A DNA stretch of 64,000 nucleotides from Candidatus Nanoarchaeia archaeon (GTDB taxonomy: Bacteria; Patescibacteriota; Microgenomatia; Woykebacterales; RBG-16-39-9b). The notes beneath the pieces were generated by a model. That model searched no databases. It was not told the DNA's origin and saw nothing but the letters and a program-made list of their open reading frames with translations. Where the stretch lies: contig DATBWR010000016.1 of NCBI GenBank assembly GCA_036514715.1, forward strand, positions 42,368 through 106,367, read 5' to 3'. The translations under genes and the position numbers were made by a program. Of the stretch, positions 1 through 9,889 are shown piece by piece; the first letter of the stretch is position 1; each line of letters starts with the position of its first letter.

Positions 1-1
1 G

Positions 2-3000
2 ACTAAAGACGCTCAAGCAGCGTCTTTTTCTAAACCTTCAGACTGCGGCGAAACTATAACCCTATACCCCCAATCTCTCACTCTTTTTGTCCCCGCGGTT
101 CGACCGTTGGAGATTGACAAAAATTCGTCTAAACGTAGCTTGGTCATTACAATCCACGGCTTCAATAGTTCAGCTACTACTGAGTTCCAAGACATGGCAA
201 GGAAAAGCGCAGGAGAGCCCTCCGGTCCCTTCGACTACATAGCCTACGGCTGGAGTCAGTTAGCAAGCAGTCTCTATTCTGGCACTAAGGTTTCACTTGG
301 ACAAGTTCCTCATCTGGAACAAGCTAGTCGCGTTGGTCGCTGTATCGCTTATGATGTTGCTAACAGCCAATACACATACGTTCATGTTATTGGCCACTCT
401 CTTGGCTCAACTGTAGCAGATTCGTTTTCCAAGAAGTTGTCCGAGTTAGTTGGTGGTTACATTACAGTAGCCCTGACTGGGCTGGATGCTTACACCGGGG
501 TAACTCCGGGAAATTTTGGTAGTGCAGCTGCCTTCACAGATCACTATCTGGCAACTGATGACTACCCACTAACTAACTGGACTTTCGCCAACGCCTGCAA
601 CGTGGACGTTACCAGCCTTAAATTTGATGGTTCCTTCACTGGAGGTTCCCACGGCTGGCCGATTCAATTCTACCTTAAAACTCTTGACAGCCCTCTCCAA
701 GTCAATTTTAAGGGTCTTGGCTTTGCTTACCATCGAGAGTACACCGGAATAACTCCGATCTTTAGCAACCGTTGTCCGCAAGGACAGGTAATTAAACTGG
801 AGCCGTGTCTTCTGAACTGCAGTCCTACGCCTGCCCCTACCCCGACTCCGACCCCCACGCCTACCCCAAACCCCACTCCAAGCCCGGGAACTTCTTGCAC
901 CACTCCGGTAGTAACTCAACCAACTGCCGGGGGGAATTATGCTGCCAACGGTTCGCCGGTGACAATCAAATGGAACACCAATTGTCCATCGAGTTATTTT
1001 GAAATCACCGGTGGGCCGTATACGTCCCCACAAACTGCTGGTTGGAGATCTGGTACCCAATATACGTATGCTCAGGGCTTATGGAGCGGGTCTTACAACC
1101 TTAGAGTTAGAGGAAGGGATTCTCAGTTACGTCAAACCAACTGGAGTACAATTGTTCCCTTTACAGTTGGGAGCTCTTCGCCCAATCCAACTCCGACTCC
1201 TCCTCCAACTTCCGGGGCGTCTTGCAGCACTCCTACGATCACCCAACCCAGTTCCAACGGCAATTTCCCTGAAGGTGGGCCGGTCACCATCAAGTGGTCT
1301 ACCAGCTGTCCCTACAGTTACTTCGAAATCACCGGCGGACCCTACACTTCACCGCAAAATGCGGGTTGGATAACGGCAAAGGAATTTACCTATGCCCAAG
1401 GTCTTTGGCCGGGCGCTTACAGCCTGAGAGTACAGGGTAAAGATTATCAGGGTAGGCAAACAGGATGGAGTTCCACAGTCAACTTTGCCGTCGGCAACTT
1501 CGCACCAACGCCCGCCTGCTCCGGCAATGGGTTGATCTACGATAGTACTGGCCGCTGTGCTGGAGTTTCTGACACAAGTTGTCACAGCCTCCCCTCACTC
1601 GGCTTAAACTCTCTTAAATCTGTCACCCTCAACTCCGGCTGGAGCGTAGTAATTTCTTCTAAAACTGACTGTAGTGATGAGATTGGTCGTTACCAACAAA
1701 GCACGACTATTGATACTGGAGTAGCCTCCGGGGCCAAGGCTATTCGTCTGGAAGCAATTCTCCCCAGCGATTGTCCCGAACTTCCACCAACCGGTGGCAT
1801 CCGCGCTTACCGTGAAGGCGGTTTCCGCGAGGGGGGTGGTTGCCGTAACACTACTCTCTCCCAAGGCGGCATTCCTTCTTTTCCAGCAGTTGGCTATCCA
1901 AACGGCCCCTCCTCCATGAAGTTTTTCGGTGACCATATTGACCGGGCCCAAGTCACGGTTTACCCGGGAGAAAATTACACTGGTACACCTTGTGCAACTT
2001 ACACCCAAGACGTTAGCGACTTCTTAAACTGCAACGGCAAAGTTATTTCTATTAAAGTGGATGCCTTCACACCGCCCACCCAGGCGCTAAATATTGCTAG
2101 TGAGGGTCAGTGGGACCTTGATATGTCCGCAGCTTTGGACAACGACCCAACCACCTGGTCGGGGGTTCCCCACGGCGGAAGCGTTGGTGTAGTTTTCCCA
2201 ACTTCACAAAAAATTCTGGGTCTAGTGGTTCACGACCGACCACCCGACTCCGTAAATCCCAACGGCATCAACAAAATTTACGTTAGTTTTGGTGGCGGTG
2301 TAAGCGGAGGCATGATCATCGATAACATCGACCTAGTGGCTTCCGGGCAACGCTGCGCCATAATAGCTCCAACAACTTCGATTGATGCCAGATGGGTTAG
2401 TATAAAGCTAGCTGATAGTAGCGGCGGTAACGGTTTTTCCGATGTGGAAATTTTCGCTGCCGACGGTGGCACTATCCGTCCAACTATTCCTTGTCCTAAA
2501 GTTTACACGGATGATGCCAAACCAGGTGTTTCCGCCCCACCTAGCAACTGGGTGGAACCAATCTCATCAACTTTGAAAACTCCAGCTTGCGATAGCAAAA
2601 CTCTCATGCTCTTTGTTGCAGCTAACGACAGCTTCTCGGACAAATGTCCTTCCAGTGGAGTGATCGGAGCAACAGAGGCTTTACCTTGCGGACCGTCGGT
2701 TCACTTCAATGGTGCACGAACAATTAATTTGACTGATAGTCCGCAATTAAACTCGGGCAAATTGTCAATAAGCATTTGCGCGAAGATTGATGCTTGGGCG
2801 GCCAGCACTTTCCTACGCAGAGAATTGCAAAACGGGGGGACAACAGACCAGTTTATGTTGGGTACGCGCGACGGTAATTTGTCGGCTCACATTTCCTGCT
2901 ACCCTGATATAATTGGCACAAAGCCTATATCTACTGGTTGGCATGTCTTAGGTTTAATCTTCGATGCTCCCAACGGAACTTTATCAACAACGATTGATGG

Positions 3001-3148
3001 AGTAATTGTCGACACGGTGACTAATTCTCCGGGAACCAATTGTCCTAGCTGGGATTCCGGCTATGGACCGTTGGTTTTGGGAAACAACCGCGCCAATGCC
3101 GATTACTTTACCGGGGACATTGCCTGGGTTAAAATCGCTACTCCCTAA
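2..3148 (+). CDS. Large multidomain secreted/surface protein, 5'-truncated by the window: alpha/beta-hydrolase-like domain, PT linkers, two Ig/FN3-like repeats, beta/gamma-crystallin-like, discoidin-like and LamG-like domains
   Basis: Frame is open from base 2 (ORF track starts at 107). Motifs IHGF, GHSLG, TGLD and SHGWP; PTPTP linkers; two ~92-aa repeats; C-terminal WHVL...IDG...FTGDIAWVKI (LamG-like). Confidence 0.75.
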   Translation, partial: TKDAQAASFSKPSDCGETITLYPQSLTLFVPAVRPLEIDKNSSKRSLVITIHGFNSSATTEFQDMARKSAGEPSGPFDYIAYGWSQLASSLYSGTKVSLGQVPHLEQASRVGRCIAYDVANSQYTYVHVIGHSLGSTVADSFSKKLSELVGGYITVALTGLDAYTGVTPGNFGSAAAFTDHYLATDDYPLTNWTFANACNVDVTSLKFDGSFTGGSHGWPIQFYLKTLDSPLQVNFKGLGFAYHREYTGITPIFSNRCPQGQVIKLEPCLLNCSPTPAPTPTPTPTPTPNPTPSPGTSCTTPVVTQPTAGGNYAANGSPVTIKWNTNCPSSYFEITGGPYTSPQTAGWRSGTQYTYAQGLWSGSYNLRVRGRDSQLRQTNWSTIVPFTVGSSSPNPTPTPPPTSGASCSTPTITQPSSNGNFPEGGPVTIKWSTSCPYSYFEITGGPYTSPQNAGWITAKEFTYAQGLWPGAYSLRVQGKDYQGRQTGWSSTVNFAVGNFAPTPACSGNGLIYDSTGRCAGVSDTSCHSLPSLGLNSLKSVTLNSGWSVVISSKTDCSDEIGRYQQSTTIDTGVASGAKAIRLEAILPSDCPELPPTGGIRAYREGGFREGGGCRNTTLSQGGIPSFPAVGYPNGPSSMKFFGDHIDRAQVTVYPGENYTGTPCATYTQDVSDFLNCNGKVISIKVDAFTPPTQALNIASEGQWDLDMSAALDNDPTTWSGVPHGGSVGVVFPTSQKILGLVVHDRPPDSVNPNGINKIYVSFGGGVSGGMIIDNIDLVASGQRCAIIAPTTSIDARWVSIKLADSSGGNGFSDVEIFAADGGTIRPTIPCPKVYTDDAKPGVSAPPSNWVEPISSTLKTPACDSKTLMLFVAANDSFSDKCPSSGVIGATEALPCGPSVHFNGARTINLTDSPQLNSGKLSISICAKIDAWAASTFLRRELQNGGTTDQFMLGTRDGNLSAHISCYPDIIGTKPISTGWHVLGLIFDAPNGTLSTTIDGVIVDTVTNSPGTNCPSWDSGYGPLVLGNNRANADYFTGDIAWVKIATP
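893..1495 (+). repeat. Intragenic duplication of a ~92-aa beta-sandwich module (approx. 893-1171 and 1220-1495)
   Basis: SCTTPVVTQPT...SYFEITGGPYTSPQ.AGW...YAQGLW.G.Y.LRV.G.D.Q.RQT.WS occurs twice. Confidence 0.9.
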
Positions 3149-3221
3149 AACTTTCCATTATTACCCAACAGGACTTGCTAAAGTCTGTTACACTTTAATT
3201 ACTTCTTGATTGGAGGAGAGG

Positions 3222-3455
3222 TTGCAACCAAATGAGGTACCGTGCGTTCGCTGTGGAGCAACAGCACAGGAGCAGATTATCGCTGTCGTTTTCAAAATCG
3301 AGGACGACGAGGTAGAGGAGATTCCTCCTGCCCTAACTAACGGTTATCACTGCAGGCACTGCAACATTGACTTCCTTTCGCCAGAACAGGAGGCTGAGCT
3401 AGCAGAGAGTCTCGAGATCGAGGCCTATGCGATCATCTACATTGAGGAGGTCTAA
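3222..3455 (+). CDS. Small zinc-ribbon protein (YgiT/MqsA-type finger, no HTH)
   Basis: CVRC...CRHC; GGAGG precedes TTG at 3222 (ORF track start 3210). Confidence 0.6.
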   Translation: MQPNEVPCVRCGATAQEQIIAVVFKIEDDEVEEIPPALTNGYHCRHCNIDFLSPEQEAELAESLEIEAYAIIYIEEV

Positions 3456-3464
3456 CTTACCAAC

Positions 3465-3501
3465 GAGCGGTTCGTTCGCAAGAATGAACCGCTTTTCTTT
3501 T
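3465..3501 (+). terminator. Intrinsic terminator
   Basis: AGCGGTTCGTTC-GCAA-GAATGAACCGCT followed by TTTCTTTT. Confidence 0.75.
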
Positions 3502-3525
3502 AAAATTGAAATAAAAAAGGCAGGG

Positions 3526-3819
3526 TTAAACGGTGACCCTGCCATTAGAGGATGGTGCATATGTTCCCTGATTCGGTTTTTCACCCACAATCCGACGCTG
3601 CGCCTCGTCTATCTCACGGCGGGCAAAGACAATTTGGTTGTAAATGTCCCCGCACCAGCTGTCACCCTGGGCTCGTCTGCTTTCCTGAAACTCTTCCCAT
3701 TCGGGGCCTTGCATTTCTGCTTCCAAAGTCTTGACCAACGCTCCCAGTTGACGCAGCTGTTCCAAGGCAACTTGGTGCGACATCCGGTTGAATTCCTTTA
3801 CCGCGACGTCTCCTTGCAT
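3526..3819 (-). CDS. Hypothetical protein (helical/coiled-coil)
   Basis: TATAAT then AAGGAGG upstream of ATG; GGCAGGGT/ACCCTGCC hairpin with T-run at the 3' end. Confidence 0.6.
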   Translation of the reverse strand: MQGDVAVKEFNRMSHQVALEQLRQLGALVKTLEAEMQGPEWEEFQESRRAQGDSWCGDIYNQIVFARREIDEAQRRIVGEKPNQGTYAPSSNGRVTV

Positions 3820-3883
3820 TCCCTTCCTCCTTTGGGAAAATTATACTGCTAAAACAGGGAAAAGGCAAGTTTGCTTGCTTGGT

Positions 3884-4177
3884 TTAATCTTCGTCTTCGG
3901 CGTCACCAACACCATCAGAGTCAGTATCAGCGCGGTTTGGATCGGTGCGGCGATAATTAAGTTCGCTACGATCATCTAGTCCGTCTCGATCAGTGTCGGC
4001 AGTTAATGGGCTAGTGCCATGACGTAGAACTTCTTCACCGTCAGCAATACCGTCGCGGTCGCTATCTGCATAGTTCGGGTTGGTGCCTTGATAGGCTTCC
4101 TCTGTATCACTCAAACCATCATTATCAGAATCAGTTGTCCTCGGATCTTCAGTCTTTGGATCGTCTTGCATAAGCAT
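3884..4177 (-). CDS. Thrombospondin type-3-like Ca-binding repeat protein, probably a fragment
   Basis: Four D(T/S)DxDG(L/I/V)xD repeats with T.P..A linkers; no signal peptide; in-frame stop 16 codons upstream. Confidence 0.6.
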   Translation of the reverse strand: MLMQDDPKTEDPRTTDSDNDGLSDTEEAYQGTNPNYADSDRDGIADGEEVLRHGTSPLTADTDRDGLDDRSELNYRRTDPNRADTDSDGVGDAEDED

Positions 4178-4291
4178 ACCAATCGGAGTCAGTTCAATCG
4201 CTATAGCGTTGCTAATTATTCTTTATTAAAACCTCACGCCCAAAACGTTGATTGTCGTCCGAAAACATCTAAATCCTGGTTATCTTGAAAA

Positions 4292-4942
4292 CTAGGTGGG
4301 TTTTTCCTCGTCAATCTTGTTAATCTGAAAGTTTATATGTGGGTTTACTTTTTTAATCACAATCTCGTAATCGCCTTTATCTCTACACAGTTGAATGGTC
4401 ATTTTAATCTTATCGCTATCTTCCTCTGAACTTATAATTTTGATAAAATGTCCCACAATTTTATCATCTGTATACCCCCACTTCTTATCATCTTCTTCCC
4501 CAGATTTTCTCTCAATCATTATTGTTAGTAATGCGGTTGTCGCTGCTATCACCAAACTCATGGATGCCAGAGCATAGAAAATACCTTTATACGACCCATC
4601 GCTTATTGTAAGTAAGATGAATATAAAGATGACAGTAAACAACAAACCTGCGTTGGCCAACACGTAACCGTATTTACCTTTTATCAAGCCTAGGTCAGCA
4701 CTATTAGGTAGCAGGTGTCTTTGCAAGTAAATAATTAAAACAGCTAATAAGCTTAGGATGGTCGCTACAATTGAATATTTCAAAAAGTCTTCTGTATTAT
4801 TAAAACCAAGAGATGATGAAACTGCTTCGAACCACGTAAGTGCTAGTGGTATAAGTGAGACAGTAAAACCAAAAATATTAACAGTCCATGAGACTGCCTC
4901 GGCGGGTGAACCTTCTTTCAAAATTGTTCTCTTGATCAACAT
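4292..4942 (-). CDS. Hypothetical membrane protein (about 4 TM)
   Basis: 216-aa ORF with four hydrophobic segments; AT-rich; directly downstream of the R-M gene. Confidence 0.75.
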   Translation of the reverse strand: MLIKRTILKEGSPAEAVSWTVNIFGFTVSLIPLALTWFEAVSSSLGFNNTEDFLKYSIVATILSLLAVLIIYLQRHLLPNSADLGLIKGKYGYVLANAGLLFTVIFIFILLTISDGSYKGIFYALASMSLVIAATTALLTIMIERKSGEEDDKKWGYTDDKIVGHFIKIISSEEDSDKIKMTIQLCRDKGDYEIVIKKVNPHINFQINKIDEEKPT

Positions 4943-4957
4943 AAGTAATTCTTAAAT

Positions 4958-7900
4958 TTAGAAATTTGTAGCTTTGTCTATTTCTTTCATTAGCTTTTCT
5001 GTCTCTGTTAGTGCGACTACTATCTTTTGGTAATGTTCAATATCTTCATTAGTTAAAACTCTGCCCTTGCGGTCTTTGAGCCATTTTTGCGCTGGTTGGT
5101 AACCACCGATATAGAAATTCCAAGCAATTTCAGGAACTTTGCCAAAATATTGCTCTGCATTGATAAATACTTTATCATCCTTATATATTACTTTGTCGAA
5201 AATATCTGATCCGGTTACCGGATAAGTAGTAACGAATTTATTTACCTTGGGAGATTCAAGTAAGTGCAGTGAACGTAACTCAGTACCAAAAGCAACAAGT
5301 TTTTTGAAACTTTTGACGTCCTTGGGATATGGCACACGCGGAAAATCAATTTTCAGGAATTCTTTGTATTTCTCTCGATAACTTGGCGAGTGCAAAACTG
5401 CGTAAATATAATCAAATATGTCTTCTGGTGAAACTTTGCCAACAATTTTTTCTATTTCATCAATAATTTCTTTTTTGAGATTTGCTTCTCGTGTACCATC
5501 TTCTGAATAATTATAAATTGGGAATAGATTATAAGGAGCAAAGGGTTGCGAACTCATGTCTGTAATAGAATTTGTCATATAGGAAGTAAAATGTTTTCCT
5601 GCTGCATACTGCTTACAAGCAATTATTGCATAGTTACTTCTATACATACTCGACATAACTTTTTTACTTGCTCCTCCTCTACCAATTTCTATTAAATTGG
5701 GCTGATACCATATCCATCTATAGTCGAACGGTCTGTACATGTAAACATACTCACGATAATCTTTGTCATTGTTATTTAACAGTTTTCCTTTTTCCCTTTC
5801 AGTATTCCAATACTTCCCATCCTTAATTTCCAGCTTTCTTTGAATTTCGCTTATACTGGTTTCTTTTCTTAAAACGTCTAGTTTATCTAACAGCTTCTTT
5901 TTTTCGAAATTAGTCAATAATTTATCATTATTAGTTTTTACACCATTACCATTTACAATAAAAATTTCTTTTAACGACGGAAAACTTTCATATTCCTTAG
6001 ACGAGCTGAAATTTTTAGGAACAAAGAAATAATAAGGCGATGAATAATTCAGCTTTTCCCATTTAACTTCTCTCATATCATTTTTGTTTAGTGCGTTGAA
6101 TTTATCTGCTTGCTTTCCATAAAGATCTGAGTGATATACCTCACCCAAACCTTTCTTTTCACTTTCTTTACGGAGAAAAATATTTATGGAGACACCTTGT
6201 TGGATATCAAAAACATTTTTATCTTCACCACCATCAGGGGCTTTTTCTTGAATGTTGGAATTACCATGTAGATCCAATATATAAATTTCATCGAAAGTTT
6301 CAAGTAGATGCTTTCTCATCTGGCGGTGAATAACCCCACTTATAAATGAGTTATTAGTAATCATTGCTACAATCCCACTTCCATTTTTCTCAACAAAATG
6401 TTCTGCGAAACGGATGAATTTTATATAATCATCTGAGAGGGGTTGAATATTTCTTTCATTGAGATTTGTTTTGTAATCCTTGGTGAGATTCTGTATCCAC
6501 TCACCTTTATTGGAGGAACTCACACTGTACGGCGGATTTCCGATAACTACCATAATTGGTTTTTCATTTTTTATTTTCGATGCTTCTTTTGCTTCCTCTG
6601 CGATACTTTCAGCAAAACCAAATGAAAACAGATCTTGTTGGGCTGGGCTTTCTTCGAGAGAATTGGTGAGATAAATTCCAAGTCGTTGGTTGAAATATTT
6701 AAAACCAGTTTCTCTAAAGGCCATGCTCAACTTCAAGTGGGCTATTGTATACGGTGTCATCATTAGCTCAAAACCATGCAGTCGTGGAAGCAAGTCGTTA
6801 TGAACATAGGTTGGCCAACGACCTTTTTGCCCACCTTTAAGTAAATGTGTATAGATAACACGAATAACCGCGCTAATAAAAGTACCTGTTCCAGCAGCTG
6901 GGTCAAGAATTTGAACTTTGTGTAGGTTAGAAGCTGTCTTTGACGTGTCTGCCAAACCTGTGGCAAGACCAAACTCTTTCTTGAGTAGGAAATCGACTGA
7001 ACGCACTATAAAATTTACAACAGGAAGAGGAGTATAGTAGGCTCCCATCTTTTTGCGGAGGTTTGGGTCGTATTCCTTCAAAAAATCTTCATAAAAATGT
7101 ATAACGGGATCTGGGCCCTTTTGAGTTTTACCACTTGATTCTTTTTTAAAATACTCTTCCATAAGGGCGGCGACATCAGCATGAGAGAAAACTTCACACA
7201 ATTCATTGACGATATATTCAAGTCTTTTGTCGAAGTCAGGCCCAACTATATGATCGAAAAAATGTCTGAGAAGCGGATTCGATTTTGGGATTAAGTCACG
7301 AGCTTCCTGCCTAGAAAAGTCTTTTTCCGTATCATCATGATAGCGAGCAATGAAAAGTCCATAAACGAGAGTTTGTGCGTACATATCAGCGAAAGAGTCT
7401 TTCGTTAAATCATGAACAAGAAGTTTTTTAATTGTTTCGTAGACCCGAACAAGCTCAGTATTTTTATCTGATTCGGTAGCAAGGAATTGCTTTACGTTGT
7501 CTCGAATTCTTTGAGCTTTACCTCCCATAATCTTTGCTAGATGCTGACCAGACCGTATAGGTTCTTTTTGTGATTGGGTAAAATCAAGAAGAGTTTTAGT
7601 GAGAAACTCAAAGTTTTCTGGGAAAGGTTTAGTTGTTCGACTTTTAAGGTCGTAATCGCCTATTTTTATTGGTTCTCCATAGTGAATACCGTTTCTATAA
7701 AAGCGAAACTCCAGATAGTCTGTAAGAACAAGGTTGGTATAGCCAAAATACCTAGTCATCTGCTCAGATTTTTCGACCTTATCTAGAGAGACACCAATAT
7801 CTTTTGCCTCAATATACAAAATGGGTATATCGCCTTTGAGGACAACGAAATCAGGTTTGTTACCTTGCACAGCCCGAGCATCATGAAATATGTGCAGACC

Positions 7901-8035
7901 GCCAACTGATTCAAAAACATTTTTAAGTAGAGCCTCAAGATCGGCACGGTAGCCCATCTCGCTGGTTTCTGGGTGAGAGAATTTTGTGGCGGTTGACTGA
8001 ATATAATTTTCTAAAATACCTTGCACATTATTCAT
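4958..8035 (-). CDS. Fused restriction-modification enzyme (Type IIG / Type ISP C-terminal-like N6-adenine methyltransferase)
   Basis: N-terminal KPDF...IEAKD nuclease motif, GAYYTP, ILDPAAGTGTF, GNPPY, YRPFD, DFPRVP, IGGYQP..KWLKDRKGR. Confidence 0.9.
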   Translation of the reverse strand: MNNVQGILENYIQSTATKFSHPETSEMGYRADLEALLKNVFESVGGLHIFHDARAVQGNKPDFVVLKGDIPILYIEAKDIGVSLDKVEKSEQMTRYFGYTNLVLTDYLEFRFYRNGIHYGEPIKIGDYDLKSRTTKPFPENFEFLTKTLLDFTQSQKEPIRSGQHLAKIMGGKAQRIRDNVKQFLATESDKNTELVRVYETIKKLLVHDLTKDSFADMYAQTLVYGLFIARYHDDTEKDFSRQEARDLIPKSNPLLRHFFDHIVGPDFDKRLEYIVNELCEVFSHADVAALMEEYFKKESSGKTQKGPDPVIHFYEDFLKEYDPNLRKKMGAYYTPLPVVNFIVRSVDFLLKKEFGLATGLADTSKTASNLHKVQILDPAAGTGTFISAVIRVIYTHLLKGGQKGRWPTYVHNDLLPRLHGFELMMTPYTIAHLKLSMAFRETGFKYFNQRLGIYLTNSLEESPAQQDLFSFGFAESIAEEAKEASKIKNEKPIMVVIGNPPYSVSSSNKGEWIQNLTKDYKTNLNERNIQPLSDDYIKFIRFAEHFVEKNGSGIVAMITNNSFISGVIHRQMRKHLLETFDEIYILDLHGNSNIQEKAPDGGEDKNVFDIQQGVSINIFLRKESEKKGLGEVYHSDLYGKQADKFNALNKNDMREVKWEKLNYSSPYYFFVPKNFSSSKEYESFPSLKEIFIVNGNGVKTNNDKLLTNFEKKKLLDKLDVLRKETSISEIQRKLEIKDGKYWNTEREKGKLLNNNDKDYREYVYMYRPFDYRWIWYQPNLIEIGRGGASKKVMSSMYRSNYAIIACKQYAAGKHFTSYMTNSITDMSSQPFAPYNLFPIYNYSEDGTREANLKKEIIDEIEKIVGKVSPEDIFDYIYAVLHSPSYREKYKEFLKIDFPRVPYPKDVKSFKKLVAFGTELRSLHLLESPKVNKFVTTYPVTGSDIFDKVIYKDDKVFINAEQYFGKVPEIAWNFYIGGYQPAQKWLKDRKGRVLTNEDIEHYQKIVVALTETEKLMKEIDKATNF

Positions 8036-8120
8036 AAAGTACTACCGTTTAAGCAGAATTTTGCTCGTACAGTATACCTGATTAGAGGCTGGAAGGGAAG
8101 GTTTCTACGGGACAAACTAG

Positions 8121-9887
8121 TCAGATTTTCAAAACCGAGAGGAAAGCTTCTTGGGGTATTTGAACGCGGCCGAATTGCTTCAAGCGCTTTTTCCCCTTCT
8201 TTTGCTTATCCAAAAGCTTGTTTTTACGGGTAACATCGCCGCCGTAAAGTTTAGCAGTTACATCTTTGCGAAACGCCGGAACATCAGCGCGGGCAATAAT
8301 TTTTCCGCCGACCGCAGCTTGCACGGAAATTTCAAAATTCTGGCGGGGAAGGACCTCTTTTAATTTCTCTACTAATTTACGACCAACTTCGTCGGCTTTC
8401 TTGCGAACAACAATTTGGGAAAGTGCGTCCACAATCTCTTTGGCTACTAAAATTTCCATACGAACTGCGTCCACTTCTTGCCAGCCGGAAAGTTCGTAAT
8501 CAAAAGAAGCATACCCTGATGAGATTGATTTGAGTCGATCGTAAAAATCGCTTATTACTTCGGCTAAGGGTAGGGTAAACTCAATCAAAACTTGATCAGC
8601 CGCGTATTTGACATCGGTGACTACTGCTCGACGGTTATTTAATAATTCTAAAATCGCTCCTAAATAACTCTCTTTAGTAACAATTAAAGCGTTGATGATC
8701 GGTTCATGGATAGTTTTAATTTTGGTGGGTTCCGGAAATTTAGTCGGATTGGATATTTCCACTTCTTCGTCATTAGTCAAGGTAATTTTGTAGTTGACGG
8801 TTGGTGTACTGGCTACTAAATCTAGGCCGTACTCTCTTTCCAATCTTTCCTGAACAACTTCGAAATGCAAGAGTCCCAAAAACCCGCAACGAAAACCAAA
8901 CCCCAAAGCTGTGGAACTATCTGCTTCAAAAGTAAGAGAAGCGTCGTTAAGTTTCAGTTTTTCCAGACCATCTTTCAAAGCTGGGAAACGATCGTTATCT
9001 ACAGGGTAAAAACCGGCAAAAACCATCGGACGTACCTGGCGGTAGCCGGGTAAAGGTTCTTTGCTAGGATTGGCGGCCAAGGTAATTGTGTCACCAACAC
9101 GAACTTGGCTAACGTCTTTTAGTCCGGTTGCCAAATAACCAATTTCCCCAGCCTCCAGCTTTTCTTCAGACTTTAGTTCTGGTTTAAAACAACCCACTTC
9201 CACCAAACTTGCGCTAGCTTTAGTACCAATAAACTTCACTTGATCGCGCTCTTTGAAAGACCCGTTAAACACTCGAACATAGGCAATCACTCCTTTGAAG
9301 GGGTCGTAGGTGGAATCAAAAATCAACGCTCGTGAGTTTTCCTCATTAGTAAGCGGGGCGGGAACTTTCTCGATGATTTTAGAGAGGAGTTCTTTTACAC
9401 CTTGTCCAGTTTTCGCTGAAATCTTCAAGATGTCGGTCTCTTTCACACCAAAGACTTTGATTATTTCAAGAGCGACTTTTTCCACTTGCGCAGCTGGCAA
9501 ATCAATTTTATTAATCACGGGAATAATTTTCAAATTTTGCTTCTGGGCTAAGTAATAATTACTTAGAGTTTGAGCCTGTATTCCTTGAGTAGCATCCACC
9601 AGTAAAACTACCCCTTCGACAGCAGCCAAAGAGCGGCTCACCTCGTAGCTAAAATCAACATGGCCGGGTGTGTCAATTAAATTAAGAGTGCAACCTCGCC
9701 AATTCATGCGAACTGGCTGCAACTTGATAGTAATACCCCGCTCCCGCTCAATGTCGAGCTGGTCTAAAAGCTGTTCCTTCATTTTGTTTTGCGGGACAGT
9801 ACCAGTTAGCTCGAGCATCCTGTCAGCAAGGGTAGACTTACCGTGGTCAATGTGGGCGGCAATCGCAAAATTTCGGATTGTTAACAT
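8121..9887 (-). CDS. lepA: Elongation factor 4
   Basis: AHIDHGKSTLADR, ERGITIK, DTPGHVDF, KLYGGDVTRK. Confidence 0.98.
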   Translation of the reverse strand: MLTIRNFAIAAHIDHGKSTLADRMLELTGTVPQNKMKEQLLDQLDIERERGITIKLQPVRMNWRGCTLNLIDTPGHVDFSYEVSRSLAAVEGVVLLVDATQGIQAQTLSNYYLAQKQNLKIIPVINKIDLPAAQVEKVALEIIKVFGVKETDILKISAKTGQGVKELLSKIIEKVPAPLTNEENSRALIFDSTYDPFKGVIAYVRVFNGSFKERDQVKFIGTKASASLVEVGCFKPELKSEEKLEAGEIGYLATGLKDVSQVRVGDTITLAANPSKEPLPGYRQVRPMVFAGFYPVDNDRFPALKDGLEKLKLNDASLTFEADSSTALGFGFRCGFLGLLHFEVVQERLEREYGLDLVASTPTVNYKITLTNDEEVEISNPTKFPEPTKIKTIHEPIINALIVTKESYLGAILELLNNRRAVVTDVKYAADQVLIEFTLPLAEVISDFYDRLKSISSGYASFDYELSGWQEVDAVRMEILVAKEIVDALSQIVVRKKADEVGRKLVEKLKEVLPRQNFEISVQAAVGGKIIARADVPAFRKDVTAKLYGGDVTRKNKLLDKQKKGKKRLKQFGRVQIPQEAFLSVLKI

Positions 9888-9889
9888 TT

